Shown piece after piece: positions 53,792 through 64,000 of a stretch of DNA of 64,000 nt. The position numbers were made by a program, and so were the translations under genes. The notes beneath the pieces are model-generated. The model was not told where the DNA came from, did not search any database, and worked only from the letters and a program-made list of their open reading frames with translations. Position 1 is the stretch's first letter; each line of letters starts with the position of its first letter. Source of the stretch: Eledone cirrhosa (Eukaryota); contig OZ024754.1 of NCBI GenBank assembly GCA_964016885.1, positions 12,524,001 to 12,588,000 on the forward strand. Direction: 5' to 3'.

Positions 53792-54371
53792 CATGTATCC
53801 CAGTACAACCTGTCCCATGGTCGGGTCGTTGGCGACTAAACTGGCAACCCCACCAAGGTTTCTTGGTGAGGAGGGTGACTTTGGACATCCTGCAGGACTA
53901 AAAACAAAACCTGTCAAAGGGCAAAGGAGCTCTTAAGAGTCAATGGCCATCCAAAATCACCGGGAGAGATGACCCCTTAGCCTTTGTCAAGGCAGAATTC
54001 TAGGAGAAGGAAAACTCTGATATAACACCTGCAACCCTGATGGTATCCAATGATGTTGACTTGTTCTTCTTTTTGGTAAATATCATCTTGGTTAAGAGAG
54101 TGGGACTGGCTTTGTGCAGTGCCTTTGCTCACTATAAAAGCTTCACGGCACAGGCATTGCTTTATATCTGGAGATCTCTCTGCACTTGTCGTCACATGGT
54201 ACCATGGGCCCAGCACTATGTGTCAGTAATTGTCACAAGTGTAGTGTTTGTACCAGAGTTTTCAAGTCGCTGGCTGGACTAAAAAGTCACACGCGTTCAG
54301 CGCATCGGTAGGGGTTCTCCTACATGGATATAAAGTAGTGGCCGTACTCGAAAACGAGTTGGCAGCCACCA
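53788..54371 (+). mobile_element. ~600-bp dispersed element, copy 2, in (TATG)n
   Basis: Near-identical to 32312-32894. Confidence 0.85.
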
Positions 54372-54562
54372 TGTATGTATGTATGCATATATGAATGTAT
54401 GTATGTTGGCATGTATGTATCTACTTATGTAGGCATGTATGCATCCTGTAGGTGTCACAATAAAATACACCCAGCCCACTCTGTAAAGTATTGGCTCCAT
54501 GATGAAAAGCTCCAAGTCAACCCTGTACACTGGTAGTGCTGGAGCCATGATAAAAAGCGCCC

Positions 54563-54812
54563 ATGATGGTGATGATGGTGGTGGTGGTGATGGTGGTGGT
54601 GGTGGTGGTGGTGGTGGTGACGATGACGATGATGGTGGTGGTGGTGGTGGTGGTGGTGGTAAAGATGACGATGATGATGTTGATGCTGGTGGTGGTGGTG
54701 GTGGTGGTAAAGATGATGATGATGATGATGATGATGCTGGTGGTGGTGGTGGTGGTGGTAAAGATGACGATGATGATGTTGATGCTGGTGGTGGTGGTGG
54801 TGGTGGTAAAGA

Positions 54813-54846
<34 letters not shown>

Positions 54847-55035
54847 GATGATGATGGTGGTGATGATGGTGGTGGTGATGGTGGTGGTGGTGGTTGTGGT
54901 AGTGATGACGATGATGATGACGATGGTGATTATGATGATGATGATGATGATGATGGCGTCGGTGGTGGTGGTGGTGGTTGTGGTGGTGGTAATGATGACG
55001 ATTGATAATGATGAGGAGGAGACTGATGAGGAGGA
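54563..55035. repeat. (GGT/GAT)n microsatellite
   Basis: Direct inspection. Confidence 0.95.
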
Positions 55036-55373
55036 GGTGGAGAATATAGTTTTGTTTGTTCCAGTCTTTTTATGAAATCAAATTACTGCAACATATCTCC
55101 TGGAGAGGATGCTAGTCTATTGTAGACTTAATTTAACTCTTTTGATTTTAACCCCCTCACAACCTTCTTCTATCAGTTCCTATGTAAATTAAAATCTTCG
55201 ACATAATTATATATCAGAACCATATGTTAAATTATGATTTTAATAAATAATAATTTTAGTAAATTCTTCAAAATTCTTCATTAATTAATTGAAATAGAGT
55301 ATACTGTATTAGAAACATGTTTGTGAAATGCATAAAGATATTCATGAATATTTTACATTTTATTAAATTTTAT

Positions 55374-55987
55374 CAAGTGGTACCCGGCGTCGCACGGGAT
55401 AAGGTAATTTGGAACGCGGGCCGCCAACAGACCTAATCGTGGAAAAAACTGCATGCCTGGACAATATGTAAAGAAAATAAACCGAATACTCTGCTGGTTG
55501 GGTAATCTTTAAGATTTTCCTAGATGAAGCAGGAAAAATGCAGGTTTTCATCTAATGCGGGCCCTAGGGGATCAAGAAAATGAATTTTTTTTTATATGCA
55601 TAATATACCTTGAAATTTCAGGAAAATCGACTAGATGTAATGCCTCAAAAAAGCCCTAAAAAGCTGAAAAAATGAAGTTTTTCACCTAATGCCATAAAAA
55701 AGTTGGATTTTCTTTGTTCACTGTATGAAGAAGAAACTGACTAATACATAGTTACAATTTCAAGGAAATCGGTTTGACGTAATGCCTCAAAAAACCCCTA
55801 AAAAGCTGAAAAAATGTGGGTCCTAGGGGATAAAAAAATTGAATTTTTTATGTGCATAACACTCCCTGAAACATAAGTAATACACATGTAAAGTTTGAAA
55901 AAAATCAGTTGGGTACTTCTCGAGTTTTAGGGATTCAAACTCACAGATACACACACAGACAGACATCCTCTGTTTTATATATATAGA
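55374..55987 (-). mobile_element. Non-autonomous Helitron-like element
   Basis: Minus-strand 5' TCtatatatataaaacagaggatgtctgtctg; 3' hairpin cccg-tgcgacgc-cggg then CTTG. Confidence 0.7.
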
Positions 55988-56109
55988 CTAGCAGAAAACC
56001 AACCGGTGGGCGGTTTTCTGCTAGCAAATCTAGTTTCTGTGTGTGTAATATATATATATATATACACACACAGAAATGCATATATATTTCTGTGTGTGTA
56101 TATATATAT

Positions 56110-57858
56110 CATCATCATCATCATCATCATCACCGTTTTACGTCCGTTCTTCCACGCTAGCATGGGTTAGACGGGTTGTCCTGTTGTGGGCAGTGTCTGG
56201 TCGGCTGACCATGCCTTGCTCATACAGGAACTGATCTGGCTTGATTTCTACAGCTGGATGCCCTTCCTAACACCAACCTCATTTACAGTGAGTGCTGGGT
56301 GCTTTTTCGTGGCGCCTACACGTCCACTTTACAGTGTGGGCTGGGTGCTTTTTTGCCGTGGCACCTCCACGACCACCTTGCGGTGGGGGGGGGGGGCATA
56401 TTGTTTATATGCTTCAGCATGTACCCATGGGAGGTCGGGTACCCTGTATTACTGCGTGACGCCAGAAGTCACGGTCGTGTGTCATTGACTTTGAGAGGTG
56501 TAGTTGGGTAAGGTCGGCTCTTTTATCACCTCATCCCAAGTCATCTTGGGTCTCCCCACTCCGCGGTTTCCATCAACTTCTAGTGCTCTGCACCTTTTTA
56601 TGCAGCTGTCATCCTTCATACGCATCACATGCCCATACCAGCGTAACCGCCTCTCCTGCACGCAGCATTTGATTCCTCTTATGCTCAGTCTCTCTCTCAA
56701 TTCATTTATGCTTTGTCGTTCACGTATATTACTGTTACACATCCATCGGAGCATGCAGGCTTCGTTTCTCTCTAATCTACGTAAGTCTTCCACCTTCAGC
56801 GCCCAGGTCTCACTACCATGCAACATCGCTGTTCGGATACACGCATCATACAGTCTGCCTTTCATTCTGAGGGAGAAGCCTTTTGCAGCTAGCAGTGGTA
56901 GTAGTTCCCTAAACTTCTTCCATCCCGTTCTTACCCTAGTTATTGTACTTTCTGAGCACCCACCTCCGTTGCTAATTCGGTCACCTAGGTAGCAGAAGCT
57001 GTCTACTGTTTCTACAGGGCCCTCCCAGAGATTGGTGGTACTTGTTTCCTGTGGCTGTTTGCTTGCTGTTTCAGCACAGCTGCTGCATGTGAATCCTACA
57101 TTCTTAATTAAGCTTCCTGAGATCCCGCTACATCTCTTGTGTACCCATTGTTTGCATTTGGGGCAAAGAATGGAGTTCCTACCTACACCTTTCCTACATA
57201 CTGAGCAAGGCCATTTCCCTGAGGGGATCTGGGTTCTGTTTTCTCGTCTACTTATAAGGACCTTAGTCTTTGTCATGTTGACTTTGAGGCCCTTTCTCTC
57301 TAGTCCCTGCTTCCAGGTTTGGAATTTATTCTCTAGTTCTACCATAGATTCAGCTATGAGTGCGAGGTCATCAGCATACAGGAGTTCCCATGGGCATCCG
57401 GTCTTAAACTCCTCCGTTATTGCCTGCAGGACTATGATGAACAGGAGAGGGCTAAGAACAGAGCCCTGGTGGACCCCAACCTGTACGCTAAATTCCTCGC
57501 TATACTCATTGCCAATCCTAACTTTGCTGACTGCTCCCCTATACATGGCTTGTACCGCTTTCACAAGCCATTCATCTACTCCTAGTTTTCTAAGAGCCCA
57601 CCAGATTACTGCACGTGGAACTCTGTCAAAGGCTTTCTCAAGGTCGACAAATGCCAAGTAGAGTGGCTTACTTTTAGCTAGGTACTTTTCCTGTAATTGC
57701 CTCACAAGGAAGAGCGCATCAGTGGTGCCTTTCCCTGGAACAAACCCAAATTGCATCTCGTCTATATTCACCCGGTCCCTAATCAGCTGTGCTATAACTC
57801 TTTCTGTTACTTTCATGACCTGGTCCATCAACTTTATACCTCTATAGTTTCCTCTATC

Positions 57859-57864
<6 letters not shown>
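56110..57864 (-). mobile_element. 5'-truncated RTE-clade LINE: RT, PHD-like finger, C-terminus, 3' UTR, (GAT)n tail
   Basis: [39 protein letters not shown] (57367-57378), RWYGHV. Confidence 0.97.
56482..57864 (-). pseudogene. RTE reverse transcriptase ORF remnant
   Basis: No endonuclease; the ORF's N-terminus is (TA)n read-through; frameshift near 56520 compared with the 4068 copy (DLTHLHLSK). Confidence 0.9.
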
Positions 57865-57914
<50 letters not shown>

Positions 57915-58445
57915 CACACACAGAAATGTATATATATTTCTGTGTGTGTATATATATATATATTACACACACAGAAATGTATATATATTTCTGTGTGTAT
58001 ATATATATATTTCTGTGTGTATATATATATATATATATTACACACAGACAGAAATGTATATATGTTTCTGTAGCACTCCTCAATTCCCCCCTCTCTCCCT
58101 TCTGCTATCCCGCTCTTATAGTCTGTCTCTTTCTTTCACTCTCACTCTCTCTCTACGCGTGCGCAAAAAACATTCGCACGCGCGCACGTGTTTCCACTGT
58201 CGGACAGACAGACAAACAAAGAAATTGCTGGTTATATATTATAAGGAGATAAATAGCCATAGTTAGTTGTGACAAAGACATGACAACCTCCCTAGTGCTG
58301 GGCATCAGTATAAAATGGCACAGTCTATAAACAGGTGTTCTGTACATATTTTGCTTCATCACCCATTTTCACATGGAAAAAATTTCCACCACCCACCTAT
58401 ATAGTAAATATTCGAAAGGATACCAAAAATATCTATTAAAAGTTT

Positions 58446-59385
58446 ATCATCATCATCATCATCGTTTAACATCTATCTTCCACGCTAGCATGGGTTAGAT
58501 GGGAATTGTCCCACTTGAGGAAGATTGGTCGGGTGACCGTGTCTCGCTCGTACAGGACTGTATTTGGCAGGTTTTCTACAGCTGGATGCCCTTCCTAGCA
58601 CCAACCACATTTACAGTGTGATGGTTTGTTATTCCCATTTAGCCTCCAATTTTTTGTTTTTTTTAAATATCTCTTTTAAATATTTTTTTTCAGGTAGCAT
58701 ATTTTGAAATACTTTCTTAATACTCAAAATTGTATATCGTCCACCAAAATTTACAATAGCCCACCATATTGTATTTAGTTAGTTGCTCATTGCCCCTGCA
58801 ACATTTGAAATCACCCATAGGTGGGTGATATCATGCAGGTTGGGAAACTCTGTTATAGTGTGGGAATATAAAGTAAGTGAGATAAAGTACTGGCCCATCT
58901 GAGAAATCACTGGTTTTGATTAATGGATGTTAAATAATGATGATGATGTATTAATTTACATAATTACTCCAATGTTTCTTGTCGTGCTTGAGGGCTTGTT
59001 ATATTCTTAGTTTTTTTATCTGGATTTAAAAAGAATATCAGAAAATGTCACATATCCTATAACCTTCTCCATGAAACAGGCCCCACTGTAAGGTGGTTGT
59101 GTCTGTGACACGACAAAGGTGCCCAGTCCACTCTGTAAAGAACATCCAGTCCTCATTGTAAAGTGATCATGTAGGTGTCATGACAAAAAGCACCCAGCCC
59201 ACACTGTCAATGTGGTTGGCGTTAGGAAGGGCATCCAACCGTAGAAAACCAGCCAGAAACTCTCCTATATGAGCAAGACGTGGTCACCTGACCCAACTTG
59301 CCTCTAAATGGGACAAACCCATCTAACCCATGCTAGCGTGGAAGATAGACGTTAATTGATAATGATGACAATGATGATGATGATA
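58446..59385. mobile_element. RTE 3'-UTR copies (58446-58625 -, 59080-59385 +)
   Basis: Family match. Confidence 0.85.
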
Positions 59386-59439
59386 CTTCCATAAGCAAAA
59401 TTTCAACTATCTAATGGTAAACCATTATTTAAATCTTTT

Positions 59440-59690
59440 ATACCCTTTTAATACCAAACTGGCTGAAACTGCTCCTGCTTCTGTGTTATGATGCTCTTGG
59501 TTTTAAAATGTTTTAATTTATAAAATAAAAAAAACCTTCCATAATAATGTTATGTACGAATCTCTTTTAAGTTCCATTTCAAACACCAGCTTAATAATGA
59601 GAAATTTATATTACTAAATCACAATTTTTTGATTATATTAAAAATTATAGGCAGTGTCTCTCATTAGAAATCCAGTAACAAAAGAGTTAA
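59440..59690. mobile_element. Decayed TTAA-type MITE
   Basis: tata-cccttttaatac ... gtaacaaaagag-TTAA. Confidence 0.5.
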
Positions 59691-60099
59691 GATTTAAAAA
59701 ATAAAATATTTTATCTTTGTCATTCTTTCTGAATGATAATGCAATACACAGGTTGTAAAATAATGTTTTATATTAAAGCATGATGTTGGCAGAAACATTT
59801 AAGTATTACAGTATTTAGTTTGATTTTTATGTTATTGGTTTAAAGTTTTTCTTCCTTCACTAGTTCCTGCTCCATACCTGTAAGAGTTGTGATGTTCCAG
59901 GTTCCAACTGCCAAGGTTTGTTACCTTCCAAACCCACTTTCAAGTCTCAGGATATGAAATCTTTGTTAACTTGCGAGAGGGAGGATGTGGAATGATTCTT
60001 TTTCATACTTCCCCTTCTCAACATATTGCAGGTTTAGTGGTCTTATTTGTGCCACTTGGAAGGAGTATTTGAGGATTCTGCTCTCACATGTCCCTCTCA

Positions 60100-60264
60100 A
60101 GAAGAAGAAGAAGAAGAAGAAGAAGAAGAAGAAGAAGAAGAAGAAAACGAAGAAGGAGAAAACGAAGAAGAAGAAGAAGAAGAAGAAGAAGAAGAAGAAG
60201 AAGAAGAAAACGAAGAAGAAGAAAAAGAAAAAGAAAAAAAGAAGAAAAAGAAGAAGAAGAAGAA

Positions 60265-60295
<31 letters not shown>

Positions 60296-60364
60296 AAGAA
60301 GAAGAAGAAGAAGAAGAAGAAGAAGAAGCAAAAAAAGAAGAAGAAAAAGAAGAAGAAGAAGAAG

Positions 60365-60393
<29 letters not shown>
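60100..60393. repeat. (GAA)n microsatellite
   Basis: Direct inspection. Confidence 0.95.
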
Positions 60394-60395
<2 letters not shown>

Positions 60396-61364
60396 TTAAA
60401 TTCTATCAGAGTGAATTTTGATTTGCATGCTCCTTAACTCATAACATCCTGTGCCATATGAAACCACATTAGCAAGATTCTTGCAAAGTACAAAATAACA
60501 GTATGTTTCACATTAAAAATAACAGTCTTTACTCTAATATTGCATATTTTAACAATAATCTGCAACATTTGAAACACATGTAACGACATTAGCAAGACAT
60601 TTTTGAAACGTACAAAACAGCATGATCTGTTTGCTAGTAAAGACACTATAAACCTTTGAATTAACAAAGCTGTTTTTTTATTAAAATATTTTCTGCTAAA
60701 TTATGACAGAATATTAAGAGTTAAACTCAGATCAGACATTATTGAACTGATTCAGGATCAAAGGCATTCCACTCCTCACAGTACCATGTGCTATAGATTG
60801 TCCTGGGTATGCCCAACAGAAGCAGGAAAGCTGGACATGCCCTACATCTGGTCTCCTATCCCGGTGCCACAAGATAACAGCTCTATGTCTATCATAACAG
60901 CTGATCCTGTGCCACTGAGAGAAGAGAGAGAGAGGGAAAGGAGAGAGTGGGAGAGAGAGTGTGAGAGAGGTGGGGTGAGAGAAGAGAGGGGGAAGAGAAG
61001 AGAAAGGAGAAAGAGAGAGGGAGAGAAGAGAGAGTGGGGAGGGAGAGATAAGAAAGAGATAGTGTGGGAGAGACAGAGATGAGAAGAAGAGAGAGAGAGA
61101 GTATAGGAGAAGGGAGAGGACAGAGAGAAGAGAGAGGGGGAGCGATAATGAAGAGAGAGCGATGAGAGGAGAGAGGGGGGAGAGATAAGAGAAGGAGAGT
61201 GTAGGAGAGAGAGAGAGAGAAGGAGGAGATAGGGGAAGAGAGAGAGAGAGAGAATAATCCCTACAAATTAGATAGCTTCATCATTTGGAGTTTGGATAGC
61301 ATTTGTTGATTTAAAGGACATGAACTTCTGGACCTCTCGACTGTGCAGGGTCAGGCATCGTGGC

Positions 61365-61950
61365 ACCCCATCACACCCACCAACACCCTGCAACCCATCA
61401 CACCCACCAACACCCTGCACCCCATCACACCCACCAACACCCTGCAACCCATCACACCCACCAACACCCTGCAACCCATCACACCCACCAACACCCTGCA
61501 ACCCATCACACCCACCAACACCCTGCAACCCATCACACCCACCAACACCCTGCAACCCATCACACCCACCAACACCCTGCAACCCATCACACCCACCAAC
61601 ACCCTGCAACCCATCACACCCACCAACACCCTGCACCCCATCACACCCACCAACACCCTGCACCCCATCACACCCACCAACACCCTGCACCCCATCACAC
61701 CCACCAACACCCTGCACCCCATCACACCCACCAACACCCTGCAACCCATCACACCCACCAACACCCTGCACCCCATCACACCCACCAACACCCTGCACCC
61801 CATCACACCCACCAACACCCTGCAACCCATCACACCCACCAACACCCTGCACCCCATCACACCCACCAACACCCTGCACCCCATCACACCCACCAACACC
61901 CTGCAACCCATCACACCCACCAACACCCTGCAACCCATCACACCCACCAA
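61365..61950. repeat. 27-bp minisatellite (~21 copies)
   Basis: ccatcacacccaccaacaccctgca(a/c)c. Confidence 0.95.
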
Positions 61951-62147
61951 CCCAAACACCCACCAATGATGTGCCCCCCCCCCCGACCCACCACCCCACC
62001 CCACCAACCCACCACCCTTACCATTTATTTAGCCAACCTTGATGGCTGCCAACACCAATAACAACTTCAGAAGAAAAAAAATTAATTTGTTGGAAGAAGA
62101 AAAAGGAAACGAAAATGCTGCTGCTTCTACTACTACTGGTACCACTG

Positions 62148-62178
<31 letters not shown>

Positions 62179-62364
62179 CACCACCGTTGCTACTACTACT
62201 ACTACTACCACCACTATTGCTGCTGCTACTACAACTACTACCACCACCACCATCACTACCACCACAACTACTACTACTACTACTACTACTGCCACTGCCA
62301 CTGCTGTTACTAACAGTACTATTACTACTACTACCTCTACTAATAAAAATAATCAACTAATAAT

Positions 62365-62590
62365 AATTGTTTCTACTTTAGGCGTCCGACCCTCTACCGA
62401 TACTGCCAAAATAATTGTTTTTATTTTAGGCACAAGGCCAGCAATCATCCAGTACATTACTGGTACTTTATTTTATCGACCCCGTAAGGATGAAAGGCAA
62501 AGTAAACCTCGGCGGGATTTGAACTCAGACCGTAAAGGGACGTAACTATGCTGGAAAGCATGGCGTCCGACTCTCTACCGATACTGCCAA
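62365..62590 (-). mobile_element. SINE-1 plus internally deleted mini-copy
   Basis: Family match. Confidence 0.88.
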
Positions 62591-62894
62591 AATAATGATA
62601 TATTAATTAATAGATAAAGAAACACAAAGAACATAAACAAATAAATATATAAATATATAAATATATAAATATATAAATAAAGAAACTAGAATCGTTGAAG
62701 TTTCTGGAAGTTGGTCAAAGAATAATGAATGACATAATCCAGTTACGTGGGAGGCTGTTTGGGGAGTAACTGGCGTCACGAATTTGGTAAATCTATTGAA
62801 ATTCTGTTACAGAAATTTCCTCTTCATTATTAGCAAGTCAGGAAAGTGAAAATTTGACAGGTGACTTTGAAGCTACTACAGATTCTCTTATCTG

Positions 62895-62951
62895 TGTGTA
62901 TATATAAGTATGTATATGTATGTGTGTGTAAGTATGTATATATGTGTGCGC

Positions 62952-63000
<49 letters not shown>

Positions 63001-63266
63001 TATGTGTGTGTGCGTGCGCGTGTGTGTGTATAAGTATGTATATGTACGTGTGTGTGTGTGCGTGTGTGTATAAGTATGTATATGTATGTGTGTGTGTGTG
63101 TGTATAAGTATGTATATGTATGTGTGTATGTGTGCGTGCGTGTGTGTGTGTATATAAGTATGTATATGTATGTGTGTATGTGTGTGTGTATATAAGTATG
63201 TATATGTATGTGTGTATGTGTGTGTGCGTGTGTGTGTGTATATAAGTATGTATATGTATGTGTGTG

Positions 63267-63297
<31 letters not shown>

Positions 63298-64000
63298 ATA
63301 AGTATGTATATGTATGTGTGTGCGTGCGTGTGTGTGTGTATAAGTATGTATGTGTGTATGTGTGCGTGTGTGTGTGTGTGTGTATATAAGTATGTATATG
63401 TATGTTTGTGTATATATATATGTGCGTGTGTGTGTGTATATAAGTATGTATATGTATGTGTGCGTGTGTGCGTGTGTGTGTGTATATAAGTATGTATATG
63501 TATGTGTGTGTGTGTATATAAGTATGTATATGTATGTGTGTATGTGTGCGCGTGTGTGTGTATAAGTATGTATATGTGTGTGCGTGTGCATGTGTGTATA
63601 AGTATGCATATGTATGTGTGTATGTGTGTGTGTGTGTCTATATATATATGTGTGTGTATATATAAGTATGTATATGTTTGTGTGTGTATATATATGTGTG
63701 TGTATATATATGTGTGTGTATATAAGTATGTATATGTATGTGTGTATATATATGTGTGTGTATATAAGTATGTATATGTATATGTGTATGTGTGCGTGTG
63801 CGTGTGTGTGTGTGTGTATATAAGTGTGTATATGTATGTGTGTGCGTGAGTGTGTATATATATGTGTGTGTATGTATATAAGTATGCATATGTATGTGTG
63901 TGTGTGTGTGTATGTATATGTATGCGTGTATGCGTGTGTGTGTGTATATATAAGTATGTATATGTATATGTGAATGTGTGTGTATAAGTATGTATATGTA
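62895..64000. repeat. GT/TA compound repeat with tataagtatgtatatgta unit
   Basis: Direct inspection. Confidence 0.95.

Larger units (their letters stand above)
55988..58249 (-). mobile_element. Second Helitron-like element, split by the RTE LINE
   Basis: Minus-strand 5' TCtccttataatatataa...gtttgtctgtctg at 58249; 3' hairpin ending CTAG at 55988. Confidence 0.55.

Noticed and set aside
57865-58083. N-terminus of the 533-aa RT ORF
   Set aside because: Read-through of flanking (TA)n/CA repeats; the LINE is 5'-truncated.
61268-62061. Gly-rich or Pro-rich repeat protein
   Set aside because: A 27-bp VNTR open in several frames, with no splice or domain support.

Overview
This is AT-rich, microsatellite-saturated metazoan DNA. 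The SINE, RTE and simple-repeat content suggests an octopus-like cephalopod (inference). I could not identify a host-gene exon, and nearly all listed ORFs are translations of simple or tandem repeats. The window is a mosaic of RTE-clade LINE pieces (one 1.75 kb copy with RT and a PHD-like finger), fragments of other LINE clades, two tRNA-derived SINE families, non-autonomous Helitrons, Mariner/pogo/piggyBac-type MITEs, several minisatellites grown from transposon parts, and a 200-N gap. The main hidden signal is about 20 intact, partial or decayed type I hammerhead ribozyme motifs (stem I-CTGANGA-stem II-GAAA-stem III-TH-stem I'). They belong to at least seven sequence-divergent short element families, most likely Penelope-like pLTR or retrozyme-like elements. 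These sit in (TA)n tracts, often as inverted hairpins, mostly have palindromic stem III and share a short tail motif. All folding was done by eye, and activity is untested.
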